Below are positions 50,933 through 61,458 of a stretch of DNA of 64,000 nucleotides, in pieces; position 1 is the stretch's first letter; every line of letters starts with the position of its first letter. A program made the translations under genes and the position numbers. The notes beneath the pieces are model-generated. The model did not search any database. It worked only from the letters and a program-made list of their open reading frames with translations, and was not told the DNA's origin. Source of the DNA: Nitrospirota bacterium (lineage in GTDB: Bacteria; Nitrospirota; Thermodesulfovibrionia; Thermodesulfovibrionales; JdFR-86); contig CAVRJY010000001.1 of assembly GCA_963721805.1 (NCBI GenBank), positions 288,001 to 352,000 of the forward strand. Direction: 5' to 3'.

Positions 50933-51121
50933 ATGTTTACGCTCGATAGGAAGCTCCCGATCACCCAGTCCGCATACTGCCCGTATTGCAGCTTCGAGAC
51001 CGACCGCTGCCAGGCCGCGCTCACAGTGCTCCGCCCGGCACAGTCCCCGCACCAGGGGCTCTGCGCCAGCGAGGACCACGACGGCTGCCCGCTTTTCCTC
51101 TCAAAGCTCCTGCGGGCATAA
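50933..51121 (+). CDS. Small Cys-rich protein
   Basis: CPYC..RC..LCASED.DGCPLF; AGGAGG RBS. Confidence 0.75.
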   Translation: MFTLDRKLPITQSAYCPYCSFETDRCQAALTVLRPAQSPHQGLCASEDHDGCPLFLSKLLRA

Positions 51122-51123
51122 CC

Positions 51124-51380
51124 CCGGAGGCTGCGCCCCCCGCAACTATTCGCGGGGCCACGGGCCCTTCTCACTATTCGCGCATAGCGCTCATCTCTAA
51201 AATAATGCCGTTGACCTTGGGGGGCTCGGGGGGCTTCCGTTGGACTCCACACCCCCGAAAGCGCGCCCAAATCGTCTTCAGACAAGGCAGGGCGAGAAGA
51301 CCGCCCGATGGTGTACTTGGACGTACATGGAGGGCGAGTCTTCGAAGACCAACGCAGTATCAAGCGATTTGGCGCGCTTT
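51124..51380 (-). repeat. Palindromic intergenic repeat, copy D
   Basis: Core 51258-51380 with the same termini, plus extended tail. Confidence 0.85.
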
Positions 51381-51402
51381 GAAGAAATCGCACCTACTGC
51401 TC

Positions 51403-52068
51403 TTATTCTATCGCGGGGGGCGCCATGTGACGGATTATCTTGCCGTCGATGAGATACAGCACCATCTCGGCGATATTAGTGGCGTGGTCCGCGATGCGCT
51501 CGAGGTACTGCGCGACGAAGCTGATCTTCATGGCCCTCGTCACGTTGGAGGGGTCCTTTATCATGTACGTCGCGAGTTCGTGCAGTACGAGGTGCTTGAG
51601 CTCGTCGACCTCGTCGTCGCGCTGGATGACGTCGCGCGCGAGCCGCCGGTCCTTCTGGACGAAGGCGTTCAGGGCGTCGCGGGTCATCCCCTGCGCGACC
51701 TGGCTCATGCGCGGCACGTCGATGTAGGGCTTAAGCAGCGGCTCCTCGTTGAGCTCGAGCGCGCGCTCGGCTATGTTGACCGAGAGGTCGCCCATGCGTT
51801 CGAGGTCGGTCGTGATCTTCATGGCCATCGTGATGAGCCGCAGGTCCGCGCCCTTGGGCTGCATCAGCGCGATCAGCCTTATGCACTCCTCGTCGATCTC
51901 GACGTCGAGCGCGTTTAGAGAGTGGTCGTTGTCTATCACGCGGATCGCGAGCGCGTTGTCGCGCTCGACGAGCGCCTGCACCGAGAGCTTGACCGATTCC
52001 TCGACCATCGAGCCCATCCGCAGGATCCTGTCTTTGAGCCGTGCCAGCTCGTCGTCGAATATCGCCAT
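51403..52068 (-). CDS. phoU: Phosphate signalling protein
   Basis: QPKGADLR, DLERMGD, YLERIADHATNIAE. Confidence 0.96.
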   Translation of the reverse strand: MAIFDDELARLKDRILRMGSMVEESVKLSVQALVERDNALAIRVIDNDHSLNALDVEIDEECIRLIALMQPKGADLRLITMAMKITTDLERMGDLSVNIAERALELNEEPLLKPYIDVPRMSQVAQGMTRDALNAFVQKDRRLARDVIQRDDEVDELKHLVLHELATYMIKDPSNVTRAMKISFVAQYLERIADHATNIAEMVLYLIDGKIIRHMAPPAIE

Positions 52069-52832
52069 CAGCCGAACCTCCCCGTGATATAGTCCTCCGT
52101 GAGCTTCTCAGTGGGGGCCGTAAACATCATGCCCGTCTCCCCGAACTCGATCAGGCTGCCGAGCATCATGAAGCCGGTCCAGTCCGAGATGCGCGCGGCC
52201 TGCTGCATGTTGTGCGTGACGATGATGATCGTGACCTCGCGCTTGAGCTCCACGGCCAGCTCCTCGATCTTCGAGGTCGAGATCGGGTCGAGCGCCGAGG
52301 TCGGCTCGTCAAAGAGCAGGACCTCCGGCTCCACGGCCAGCGCCCTGGCGATGACGAGCCTCTGCTGCTGCCCGCCCGAAAGGTCGTTGGCGCTGTCTCT
52401 GAGCTTGTCCTTGACCTCGTCCCACAAAGCGGCGTGGCGCAGGGCGCGCTCGACGCGGCCGGCAAGCTCCGAGCGGCCCCCCAGGCCCTTGAGCCTCAGG
52501 CCGTACGCGACGTTCTCGTAAATGCTCATCGGAAACGGCGTCGGCTTCTGGAAGACCATGCCTATGCGGCTTCGAAGCTCGATGAGGTCCACCTCGCGGG
52601 CGAGCAGATTTTTCCCGTCGAGGATGATCTCGCCCTCGTACTTGTTGCCGGGGTAGAGGTCGTGCATGCGGTTGAAGCATCTCAGGAGCGTGGTCTTCCC
52701 GCAGCCCGAGGGCCCGATCAGGGCGGTCACCCCGTTTTTGCGCACCGTGAGGTTGATTTCCTTAAGCGCGTGGTTGCCTCCCGCGTAATGGAAATCAAGC
52801 CCCTTGACCTCGATCTTCGTCTCGGCTGACAC
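52068..52832 (-). CDS. pstB: Phosphate ABC transporter ATPase
   Basis: [30 protein letters not shown]. Confidence 0.97.
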   Translation of the reverse strand: MSAETKIEVKGLDFHYAGGNHALKEINLTVRKNGVTALIGPSGCGKTTLLRCFNRMHDLYPGNKYEGEIILDGKNLLAREVDLIELRSRIGMVFQKPTPFPMSIYENVAYGLRLKGLGGRSELAGRVERALRHAALWDEVKDKLRDSANDLSGGQQQRLVIARALAVEPEVLLFDEPTSALDPISTSKIEELAVELKREVTIIIVTHNMQQAARISDWTGFMMLGSLIEFGETGMMFTAPTEKLTEDYITGRFG

Positions 52833-53674
52833 TACCTGAACCTCCAGCGTATGAAAAGTCTGCCCATGACCGTCAGGCCGAGCACGAATACGGTTATCAC
52901 CATCGACGCGGCCCATGCCTGCGCGTGCCAGTTATCGTAAGGTCCCATCGCGTACTGGAAGATCGCGACCGTCAGAGACGGCACCGGGCCGTTCATCTTA
53001 AGCGTGAAGTACGAGTTATTAAACGACGTAAATAAAAGCGGCGCGGTCTCGCCCACGACGCGCGCAATAGAGAGCAGCACGCCCGTAAGCACGCCGCGCG
53101 CCGCGCTCCGGAATACGATGTCCATGATAACCTTGTAGTACGGCGCTCCGAGCGCGAAGGCGGCCTCGCGGAGCGTCCAGGGCACGAGGCCCAGCATGTT
53201 CTCGGTCGTCTTTATCACGACCGGCACCATGATTACGGCGAGCGCCACCGCGCCGGCCCAGCCGCTGAAGTGGCCCATCGGCCTGACCATCACGGCATAT
53301 ATAAACGTCCCTACGATGATCGACGGCACGCTGATCATGATGTCGGACATCGTGCTTATGATACCAGAGATCCGTTTGCCGCGGGCGTACTCGGCCAGGA
53401 ACGTCCCGCCCAAAAGCCCGACCGGCACGCCGATCACGACCGCGAAGAACGTGAGCATCAGGTGGCCGACGAAGGCGTTTCGGAGCCCTCCGCCCTCGAC
53501 ACCGGCCGGAACGGGGTCTGAGAGGAACAGCGCGCCGTTTAAGGCAGAGGCGCCGTGGCGTATCACGTCAAACAGTATGAATAGAAGCCAGAAAAGCCCG
53601 GCCGCCGCGGCCGCGCCGCAAAGCACGAGCGCCGCGAGGTTCGTGGCCTTCCTTATCGCGCTCCGCCTGATCAC
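52832..53674 (-). CDS. pstA: Phosphate ABC permease
   Basis: [29 protein letters not shown]. Confidence 0.95.
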   Translation of the reverse strand: MIRRSAIRKATNLAALVLCGAAAAAGLFWLLFILFDVIRHGASALNGALFLSDPVPAGVEGGGLRNAFVGHLMLTFFAVVIGVPVGLLGGTFLAEYARGKRISGIISTMSDIMISVPSIIVGTFIYAVMVRPMGHFSGWAGAVALAVIMVPVVIKTTENMLGLVPWTLREAAFALGAPYYKVIMDIVFRSAARGVLTGVLLSIARVVGETAPLLFTSFNNSYFTLKMNGPVPSLTVAIFQYAMGPYDNWHAQAWAASMVITVFVLGLTVMGRLFIRWRFR

Positions 53675-54624
53675 GCCCCGGCCCCCGACTGCGCCTTGTG
53701 CAACAGGAGCCTTGCAGCCCCCAGCACCGCGAAGCTTATAGCGAACAGCACGAGCCCCAAAAAGAACAGAGACGAGAGGTACATGTCGCCCGCGGCCTCG
53801 GTGAACTCGTTGGCGAGCGTTACGGTGATAGTCGATGCGGAATCCAGAAGCGAGGCCGAGATGCGGTGGCTGTTGCCCAGGACGAAGGCGACGGCCATCG
53901 TCTCGCCCAGAGCGCGTCCGAGCGAGAGCACTATCCCGCCCATCACCCCGGTCTTCGAGTAAGGTATTATGACGTCCTTTACGACCTCCCACTTCGTAGC
54001 GCCCACGGAGTACGCGGACTCTTTCAATATGGACGGCGTGAGCATGAAGGCATCGCGGGAGATGCTGGCCGCAAACGGGATGATCATGATGCTCAGGATC
54101 AGGCTCGCGGTCAGCAGGTCTATGCCCATCGGAGTGCCCTGAAACAATACGTGCACGAGGGGGATGCTCGCGGTGGCCTTCTTTAAAAACGGCTCGACGT
54201 GATCTCCCATGATTGGGGAGAGCGTGAACAGCCCCCACATGCCGTATATGATGCTGGGGATCGAGGCCAGGAGCTCAATGGCCACGCCTATCGGGCCTTT
54301 GAGGCGCGAGGGGGCGATCTCGGTGATGAATACCGCGATCCCGAGCGCGAGCGGCACCGCGATGACGAGCGAGAGGACTGTAGTGACGACCGTCCCGTAG
54401 ATGGAGGTGGCCGCGCCGAAGACCTCGGTCACCGGGTTCCATTGCATGCCGGTTATGAACCCGAAGATCCCGAACTTGCCGATCGCGAGCCTTGACTCGA
54501 TGAGCAGCGAGACGAAGATGCCGACGATCAGGACGAGTATGGTCGAGGCCGCGGCCCCCGTGAGGACGGCCACGGCCCTGTCGACGTTCTTCTCGTAGCT
54601 CGAACCTTTTTTGGTTTTGTTCAT
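53671..54624 (-). CDS. pstC: Phosphate ABC permease
   Basis: LLASIPSIIYG, LGRALGETMAV. Confidence 0.96.
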   Translation of the reverse strand: MNKTKKGSSYEKNVDRAVAVLTGAAASTILVLIVGIFVSLLIESRLAIGKFGIFGFITGMQWNPVTEVFGAATSIYGTVVTTVLSLVIAVPLALGIAVFITEIAPSRLKGPIGVAIELLASIPSIIYGMWGLFTLSPIMGDHVEPFLKKATASIPLVHVLFQGTPMGIDLLTASLILSIMIIPFAASISRDAFMLTPSILKESAYSVGATKWEVVKDVIIPYSKTGVMGGIVLSLGRALGETMAVAFVLGNSHRISASLLDSASTITVTLANEFTEAAGDMYLSSLFFLGLVLFAISFAVLGAARLLLHKAQSGAGA

Positions 54625-54675
54625 ATCCGCAATCAAAGGGGCGGAGACCGCGGCGGTCCCCGCCCCTTCGTCGTA

Positions 54676-55686
54676 TTATATGCCCTGGGACTTCCAGTAT
54701 GCCCTGATCTTGTCCTTCAGCGAGGCCGGCAGCGGGACGTATACTAGCTCCTTCGCCTTGGCGTCGCCGTTTTTGAACGCCCAATCATAGAACTTCGTCA
54801 CCTTCTTGTTCGCCTCGGGCCTGTCCTTGGCGAGGATTATGAACGTCGCCCCGGCGATGCCCCAGGCGTCCTTGCCGGGCGCGTCGACGAGCCAGAGGTA
54901 GAAGTCCTTCCTGGGGTCGAAGTCCGCGCTGGCGGCCGCGTCCCCGAAGCTCTCGAAGCTCGGCTTCACGAAGTTGCCGGCCTTGTTCTTAAGCAGGGTG
55001 TACGAGATCTTGTTCTGCATCGCATAGGCGAACTCCACGAACCCGACCGAGTGCTTCATCCTCTTGACGTAGTTCGCCACGCCCTCGTTGCCCTTGCCGC
55101 CGATGCCGACCGGCCAGTTGACGGCAGTGCCGGAGCCGACCTTCTCTTTCCACTTGGGGCAGACCTGGCTTAGGTAGCTGGTGAATATCGCGGTCGTGCC
55201 CGATCCGTCCGAACGGTGCACCACGCCGATCTCGTCGTCAGGCAGGTTGAGGCCGGGGTTGAGCTTCGCTATGGCCGGGTCGTTCCACTTGGAGATGTCG
55301 CCGAGGAATACGCCGCAGAGGGTCTGCTGGTCGAACTTGAACTGCCCGGTCTTGACGCCCTCGAGGTTCACTACCGGCACCACGCCGCCCATAACGGCGG
55401 GAAACTGCATCTCGTTGTTTTTCTTGAGTGCCTCGGGGGTAAGCGGTGCGTCGGAGGCGCCGAACTCCACCGTGCGGTCCGCGATCTGCCTCTGGCCGCC
55501 GCCGGAGCCGATCGGCTGGTAGTTGAGCTTCACCCCGGTGGCCTTGCCGTAATCAAAGGCCCACGCCGAGTAGACCGGGTAGGGGAAAGTGGCCCCGGCG
55601 CCGTTTATCGTCTCGTCGGCCGATGCGATGCCAGAGAAGCACAGGCACAGCGCCAGCGCCATCAAGGCAAAAAAATTCGTCTTCAT
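54676..55686 (-). CDS. pstS: Phosphate-binding protein
   Basis: GAGATFPYP, GSGGG, FGASD, RSDGSGTT. Confidence 0.97.
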   Translation of the reverse strand: MKTNFFALMALALCLCFSGIASADETINGAGATFPYPVYSAWAFDYGKATGVKLNYQPIGSGGGQRQIADRTVEFGASDAPLTPEALKKNNEMQFPAVMGGVVPVVNLEGVKTGQFKFDQQTLCGVFLGDISKWNDPAIAKLNPGLNLPDDEIGVVHRSDGSGTTAIFTSYLSQVCPKWKEKVGSGTAVNWPVGIGGKGNEGVANYVKRMKHSVGFVEFAYAMQNKISYTLLKNKAGNFVKPSFESFGDAAASADFDPRKDFYLWLVDAPGKDAWGIAGATFIILAKDRPEANKKVTKFYDWAFKNGDAKAKELVYVPLPASLKDKIRAYWKSQGI

Positions 55687-55735
55687 ACAACCTCCTTGGG
55701 ATTCGGTTTGCGTTCATCAACCATGAGATTAGTAT

Positions 55736-55784
55736 ATGAAACGAATGTTATCACCTTATGAAGCGGATGTTAAATTTTGGTTAA
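55736..55784 (-). promoter_or_regulatory. PHO box array upstream of pstS
   Basis: Minus strand TTAAC-N6-TTAAC-N6-TTCAT-N6-ATAAC-N6-TTCAT. Confidence 0.85.
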
Positions 55785-55878
55785 GGGGCCACGGGTCCCT
55801 CTCATTTTGGGGCTGGCAATCCGGCCCTATTGCCGTATGAATACTATCAGGGCCGACTCGGGCCGGTACATGCATTTA

Positions 55879-57024
55879 TCAATCCAGCGTGCGGCGGTAG
55901 CGCTTGACCCCGATGGCAAGAACTATAACCGTAAAAAGCGCTATCGGCCAGAGCTGGCCCGATACGTCAACAAACCCGTCGCCCTTAAGCAGTATCGCGC
56001 GCGTTATCCTCAGATAATGCGTAAGCGGGAAGATATTGCCTATCGCCTGCGCCCAGAGCGGCATCCCCCTGAAAGGGAACATGAAGCCCGACAGCAGGAT
56101 GTTGGGAAGGAAGAAGAACATGCCCATCTGCATCGCCTGCCGCTGGTTCGTGGCGAGGGTCGAAAACGTCACCCCGACCGCGAGGTTCGCAAATATGAAA
56201 AGGACGGTAAGGACCAGCAGCAGCGCTATGCTCCCCTCTATCGGGACGTTGAAGACGAAGATCGCCGCCAGCAGGATCAGCCCGACTTGCAGGTACCCGA
56301 CGAGCACGTAAGGCACGATCTTGCCTATCAGCACCTCCAGAGGCCGCGTCGGCATGGTGAGCAGGTTTTCCATCGTCCCGGTCTCGATCTCGCGCGTTAT
56401 GGCTATGGCCGTGATCAGGACCATCGTCATCGTGAGCACGACGCCCATCAGGCCCGGCACTATGTTGTACTGCGTGATCGCCTCGGGGTTATATTTCGCA
56501 TGCACCCTGATCTCGACCGGGTCGTCCTGGGGGGCGAGGTACGAAAGCGCGCCCTTGAGGTCGTCGGCCACGGCCGTGCGCATCAGCGTGCCGAGGGTCG
56601 CGAGCGCGTTGCCGGTCGAGCCCGGGTCGGTCGCGTCGGCCTCGACCAGGAGCACCGGCCGCGCGCCGCGCAGCAGATCGCGCGTGAAGTCCTGCGGTAT
56701 GTTGACCACGAACTGCACCTCGCCTCGCGCAAGCGCCTCTTCGGCCTCCTGCTCGGTGCTGATCAGCCTGACGAACTCGAAGTACCCGCTGTTGCGCATC
56801 GCGTAAAGCAGCGTCCGGCCGAGCGGCCCGTTGTCAGAGCTGACGACCGCGGCAGGCAGGTGCCTGGGGTCCTCGTTTATGGCGAACCCGAAGAGCATGA
56901 GCTGCAAAAGCGGTATCCCGATTATCATCACGAACGTCAGGCGGTCGCGGCGCATCTGGATGAACTCCTTGACGACCATCGCCCAGAACCGCCCGAACGA
57001 GAACTCACGGCCCACGAGCCTCAT
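55879..57024 (-). CDS. ABC-2 type permease (YbhS-like)
   Basis: KEFIQMRRD, REIETGTMENL, LLSGFMFP. Confidence 0.9.
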   Translation of the reverse strand: MRLVGREFSFGRFWAMVVKEFIQMRRDRLTFVMIIGIPLLQLMLFGFAINEDPRHLPAAVVSSDNGPLGRTLLYAMRNSGYFEFVRLISTEQEAEEALARGEVQFVVNIPQDFTRDLLRGARPVLLVEADATDPGSTGNALATLGTLMRTAVADDLKGALSYLAPQDDPVEIRVHAKYNPEAITQYNIVPGLMGVVLTMTMVLITAIAITREIETGTMENLLTMPTRPLEVLIGKIVPYVLVGYLQVGLILLAAIFVFNVPIEGSIALLLVLTVLFIFANLAVGVTFSTLATNQRQAMQMGMFFFLPNILLSGFMFPFRGMPLWAQAIGNIFPLTHYLRITRAILLKGDGFVDVSGQLWPIALFTVIVLAIGVKRYRRTLD

Positions 57025-57941
57025 TGCCGCCCCTCGCTCTCCATGAAATGTATAAACGCGTCCTCGAGCCCGGAGGGTATGCGGCTCCACTGGTAGCGGG
57101 CGTCGGCCTTATACGGGGCGATCGCGGCCTCGAGCGCCGCGGGGTCGGGGCCGCTGACGTGCAGCGTGCCGCCGAACGCGACCGCCTGCTCGACCCCGGC
57201 TGCCGCCTTGAGGCTCAGCGCGAGCTCCCTCAGCTCGGGGCCGCTCACGGCCCAGGTGACGAGCCCCGCGTGCTCTATGAGGTCCGCGGTCGTGCCCTCG
57301 GTCAGCAGCCTGCCGTTTAGGATGAACGCGAGCCTGTGGCAGCGCTCGGCCTCGTCCATGTAATGGGTCGCGATCAGAAACGTAAGCCCCCCGGCCGCGA
57401 GCGCGTGTATCTCGTCCCAGAACTCGCGCCGGGCCCTCGGGTCTACGCCCGCCGTAGGCTCGTCCAGCAGCAGGAGGCTCGGGTTGTGTATCATGCACGC
57501 CGCAAGCGCGAGCCGCTGCTTCCAGCCCCCGGAGAGCTGCCCTGCGAGCTGGTTTCTGCGGGCCTCGAGCCCGAGCCGCGCGAGGCTCTGATTGACCGCG
57601 TCTTTGCGGTTCGTTATGCCGTACATCCGCGCGACGAAGTCGAGGTTCTCTGAGATGCTCAGGTCCTCCCAGAAGCTGAAGCGCTGGGTCATGTACCCGA
57701 CCCTGAGCTTTATCGCCGCGCTCTCGGTGATGACGTCATGGCCGAGGCAGACGCCCTCGCCGCGGTCCGGCTGCAGCAGGCCGCAGAGCATGCGTATGAA
57801 GGTCGTCTTGCCGCTGCCGTTTGGGCCGAGGAAACCGCATATTTCGCCGGGCCGCACGCGCAGGCTCACGCCGTCAACCGCGACGAGCCCCCCGAAGCTC
57901 TTGGTCATGCCACGCACGTCTATGGCATATTCGCTATCCAT
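57021..57941 (-). CDS. ABC transporter ATPase (YbhF-like)
   Basis: GPNGSGKT, LSGGWKQR, LDEPTAGVD. Confidence 0.92.
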   Translation of the reverse strand: MDSEYAIDVRGMTKSFGGLVAVDGVSLRVRPGEICGFLGPNGSGKTTFIRMLCGLLQPDRGEGVCLGHDVITESAAIKLRVGYMTQRFSFWEDLSISENLDFVARMYGITNRKDAVNQSLARLGLEARRNQLAGQLSGGWKQRLALAACMIHNPSLLLLDEPTAGVDPRARREFWDEIHALAAGGLTFLIATHYMDEAERCHRLAFILNGRLLTEGTTADLIEHAGLVTWAVSGPELRELALSLKAAAGVEQAVAFGGTLHVSGPDPAALEAAIAPYKADARYQWSRIPSGLEDAFIHFMESEGRQ

Positions 57942-57953
57942 CGCAGGGGCCTG

Positions 57954-58907
57954 CTACGGCAGGTATACATCCACGGGCTGGCCGGGATGCATCCGGGCCG
58001 AAAGCTCGGGGCCGAAGACTACCTCGATCATGAAGACGAGCTTGCTTCGCGTCTCGCGGCTGTAGATGACCGGGGGGGTGTACTCGGCGCTCGGGGAGAT
58101 AAAGCTTATCCTGCCGGGGATGGGAGCCTTATCCCCGTCGATCCTGACTTGCACGGTCTCGCCCGGCTGGAGTGCGGCTATGCGGGGCTCGGGCACGAAG
58201 GCGCGCACCTTGACGTTCGAAGGCGGCAGGAGCACGACGACCGGCCTGCCTGCCGCGACCCACTCGCCGGGGCGGTAGAGGGTGTCGAAGACGAGCGCGT
58301 CCTGCGGGGCGGACAGGCGGCTCTGGCCGAGGTCGTATTCAGCGCGGGCCTCGGCCGCCCGCAGGCTCCGTTCCGAGGCCGCCCCGGCCGCTATCTGGTC
58401 CGTGCGCGCCCCGAGCCTCGCGGTCTTGAGGTCCGACTCTATCTGGGCCACGCGCTCGCGGTCCTGGTCGCGCGCCGAGCGCGCGACGTCCACGTCCTGC
58501 GCGGCGTTAAACCCGGCGCGGCTAAGCTCCTGCTGCCTGGCGAAATCCTTTTCAGCAAGCACGAGCGCTGCGCGCGCCTGCATCAGCTGTGCCTCCAGCG
58601 AGGCTATCTCGGTCGGCCGGAGGCCCTTCGTTAAGTCCACGAGGCCGGAGTGCGCCTGCGACACGCGCTCGGCCGCCTCGTCGCGCGCGGTCCGTTCCGG
58701 CGTGTCGTCAAGCACGTACAGAAGCCCCCCGGAGCGGACCTGATCTCCGCGGCTGACGTCCAGCTCGCGGAGCGTCCCGGAGGTCTCAGACGCCATATAG
58801 AGGTACTCGCCCTCGACGTATCCCTGCACCGGGCCGTTAGGCTTGGCCGGGCATGCCGCGGCCATCGCGAGGCAGGCCATCAGCAAGATCGTTTTTAAGA
58901 GGCGCAT
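57954..58907 (-). CDS. HlyD-family membrane fusion protein (YbhG-like)
   Basis: QGYVEGE, coiled coil, AEYTPPVIYS, HPGQPVDV. Confidence 0.9.
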   Translation of the reverse strand: MRLLKTILLMACLAMAAACPAKPNGPVQGYVEGEYLYMASETSGTLRELDVSRGDQVRSGGLLYVLDDTPERTARDEAAERVSQAHSGLVDLTKGLRPTEIASLEAQLMQARAALVLAEKDFARQQELSRAGFNAAQDVDVARSARDQDRERVAQIESDLKTARLGARTDQIAAGAASERSLRAAEARAEYDLGQSRLSAPQDALVFDTLYRPGEWVAAGRPVVVLLPPSNVKVRAFVPEPRIAALQPGETVQVRIDGDKAPIPGRISFISPSAEYTPPVIYSRETRSKLVFMIEVVFGPELSARMHPGQPVDVYLP

Positions 58908-58969
58908 TGTTACATTAAACCATAATCCGCCCACGTCGTAAATCCCGGGCGTCTTCGGAGTGAGGGGAG

Positions 58970-60703
58970 CTAGATGATGATTTTGACCGTTGTGCCGCGG
59001 CCCTCGGCGCTCTCGACGCGCATATGCCAGCCGTGGGCGCGCACGAGGTGCTTGACGATGGACAGCCCGAGCCCGGTGCCGCCCATCTTGCGCGAGCGGC
59101 CGGGATCGACCCGGAAGAACCTCTCGCCGAGCCGCGGGATGAACTTCTGCGGGACCCCGATGCCGGTGTCGCGGACGAAGATATACCTCTCGCCGCCGCT
59201 TATCTCCGAGCCTATGGTGACCGAACCCCTGTCAGTGAACTTGATCGCGTTTTCCGCGAGGTTCGTAAGTATCTGGATGAGCCGGTTTTTGTCGGCCGAG
59301 ATCTCGGCCAGGCCGGGGCTGACCGAGCTCTGGAGAGTAATCCCCTTGGCCTCGGCGCGGGCGTCAAGCAAGGCGGTGACGCTCCTTATGGCCCCATCGA
59401 GCTGCACCGGGCCTTTCTCTATCCTTATGACCCCGAGCTCTATGCGGGATATCGTCATGAGGTCGTCTATCAGGCTGTTCATGCGCTCTGCGTGCGAGTG
59501 TATCGTCTCGAGGAACGAGACCGCGTTTTCGCGGTCGTCGAGCGCGCCGCCCAGCAGGGTCTCGCTGAACCCCCGGATGGCCGAGATCGGGGTCTTGAGC
59601 TCGTGCGAGACGTTCGCGATGAAGTCCTTCCTGACCTCCTCGAGCTGCCGCTCCTTGGTGATGTCGTGCAGTATCATCACCGCGCCATCGGGCTCGCCTT
59701 CCGGCAATCCGAACCGCAGCGGGGCGATGCGCACGAGCATGTAGCGCTCGTCCACCTTGAGCTCTTCCGTGATCAGCTCGCCGGATGCCTTCGCGGCGTC
59801 GACGAGCGCGGCGACCTCGTGGTTTCTGAGCACCTCCAGATACTGTCTGCCGATGAGGGGCAGGCCGTGGAAGAACTCCGAGGCCGAGGCGCTCGCAAGC
59901 CGTATCGTCCCCCTTGCCCCGAGGATCAGGAGCGAGTCCGGGACGCTTTGAAGTATCACGCCCAGCCGCATGCGCTCCGACTCGCTCTGCGCGAAGGCCT
60001 CATGCAGGCGCTTGGACATCGAGTTGAGGTCGTCCGTGATGCCCTCAAACTCGGCCGCGCCCTCGAAGTACATCTGCTGCCCGGTCGCGCCCTGCGCCAG
60101 CGAGTGGGAAAACTCGCTTATCCGCTTGAGGTAGCGCCTCAGCAGGTTGACGAAATACTCCGAGAGCGCAAGCGTGAAGAGCAGGACCGCGAGCACCGTC
60201 AGGACGATCTTGAGCCTGATGGAGTTGATGGCGCGGTCGACCTGCACGAGCGGCACCGCGAGCCTGATGAACCCCGGCGTCGAGCCCCCGCCCGCGGTGC
60301 GCTTGGCGACGTACAGCAGGTCGACGCCCAGCGTGTGGCTGTGGCGGATCGATGAGCCCAGCCCGGCCTCGCGCGCCCTCATCACCTCGATCCTGTCGCG
60401 GTGGTTTTCCATCTTAAGCGACTCGGCGTCGGAGTCCCCCAGGACCTCGCCCGAGTCCGCGATCACGGTCATGCGCGCCCCGCTTAGCGCCTTGACCCTC
60501 CGGCATAGCCCGTCGTACCGCAGCCCGCCGTCGAACGAGACATCGTTCTCTATCAGGTTGATGCGGGCCGAGAGCTCGGAGGTGATGTCAGAGACGTAGG
60601 AGCCGTGTATCACAGAGGTGATGTAAAGCTCGCTGAAGAGCACCGCTACCGCGAAAAACGCGATGTGCAGCCAGAGTATCCGGCCGAAGATCCCCCTGCT
60701 CAT
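58970..60703 (-). CDS. phoR: Phosphate regulon sensor kinase
   Basis: HAMP/PAS, FIANVSHELKTP, ERFFRVD..RSR.GGTGLGLSIVKH; near the pst operon. Confidence 0.88.
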   Translation of the reverse strand: MSRGIFGRILWLHIAFFAVAVLFSELYITSVIHGSYVSDITSELSARINLIENDVSFDGGLRYDGLCRRVKALSGARMTVIADSGEVLGDSDAESLKMENHRDRIEVMRAREAGLGSSIRHSHTLGVDLLYVAKRTAGGGSTPGFIRLAVPLVQVDRAINSIRLKIVLTVLAVLLFTLALSEYFVNLLRRYLKRISEFSHSLAQGATGQQMYFEGAAEFEGITDDLNSMSKRLHEAFAQSESERMRLGVILQSVPDSLLILGARGTIRLASASASEFFHGLPLIGRQYLEVLRNHEVAALVDAAKASGELITEELKVDERYMLVRIAPLRFGLPEGEPDGAVMILHDITKERQLEEVRKDFIANVSHELKTPISAIRGFSETLLGGALDDRENAVSFLETIHSHAERMNSLIDDLMTISRIELGVIRIEKGPVQLDGAIRSVTALLDARAEAKGITLQSSVSPGLAEISADKNRLIQILTNLAENAIKFTDRGSVTIGSEISGGERYIFVRDTGIGVPQKFIPRLGERFFRVDPGRSRKMGGTGLGLSIVKHLVRAHGWHMRVESAEGRGTTVKIII

Positions 60704-61416
60704 GGCTCCTCGTCCGTGATCAGGTAGCCGAGGCCGCGCTTCGTGAGCAGGTAGCGCGGGGCCGAGGGGTCGTCCTCGATCTGAGAGCGGAGCTTGCGGA
60801 TATGCACGTCCACCGTGCGGGGCTCGACGTGCGACTCGTTGCCCCAGAGCGCGTCCAGCAGGCGGTCGCGCGAGAAGACCCGCCCGCGCCGCTCGGCGAG
60901 ATACAGCAGTATCCGGTATTCCGTGGCGCTGAGCGTCAGCGCCCGCCCGGCCTTCGTGACCGAGCAGGCGTCCTTTGTGATCGTCAGGTCCCCGACCGAG
61001 AGGACGTTTTCGGCGGCCGGCTCCTCGGGGGTCGCGCGCCTGAGCACCGCCCGGATGCGCGCCATGAGTTCGTTTACGCCGAAGGGCTTGGTGATGTAAT
61101 CGTCCGCGCCGAGCTCGAGCCCGAGCACCTTGTCGAGCTCCTCGCCCTTGGCGGTGAGCATGATGATCGGGATGGACTTGGTCGAGCTGTCGGCCTTGAG
61201 CCTGCGGCAGAGTTCGAGGCCGCTTACGCCTGGGAGCATGAGGTCCAGGAGCACCAAGTCGGGCTTCCCGGCGCGCACGGTGCGCTGCACATCGGTGCCG
61301 TCATAGGCCTCGAGCACCTTGTACCCCTCGCGTTTGAGGTTGTACGAGACGAGCCGCACGAGGTCTTCCTCGTCCTCGACGATCAGAATCTTTTTGGCGT
61401 CCCGGCTGGCGTCCAT
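60700..61416 (-). CDS. phoB: Phosphate regulon response regulator
   Basis: OmpR-family receiver + wHTH (RTVDVHIRKLR), paired with phoR. Confidence 0.88.
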   Translation of the reverse strand: MDASRDAKKILIVEDEEDLVRLVSYNLKREGYKVLEAYDGTDVQRTVRAGKPDLVLLDLMLPGVSGLELCRRLKADSSTKSIPIIMLTAKGEELDKVLGLELGADDYITKPFGVNELMARIRAVLRRATPEEPAAENVLSVGDLTITKDACSVTKAGRALTLSATEYRILLYLAERRGRVFSRDRLLDALWGNESHVEPRTVDVHIRKLRSQIEDDPSAPRYLLTKRGLGYLITDEEP

Positions 61417-61458
61417 CTGATGATTATATCCTAAATGGGGCCGACCGGCCCCACTCAA

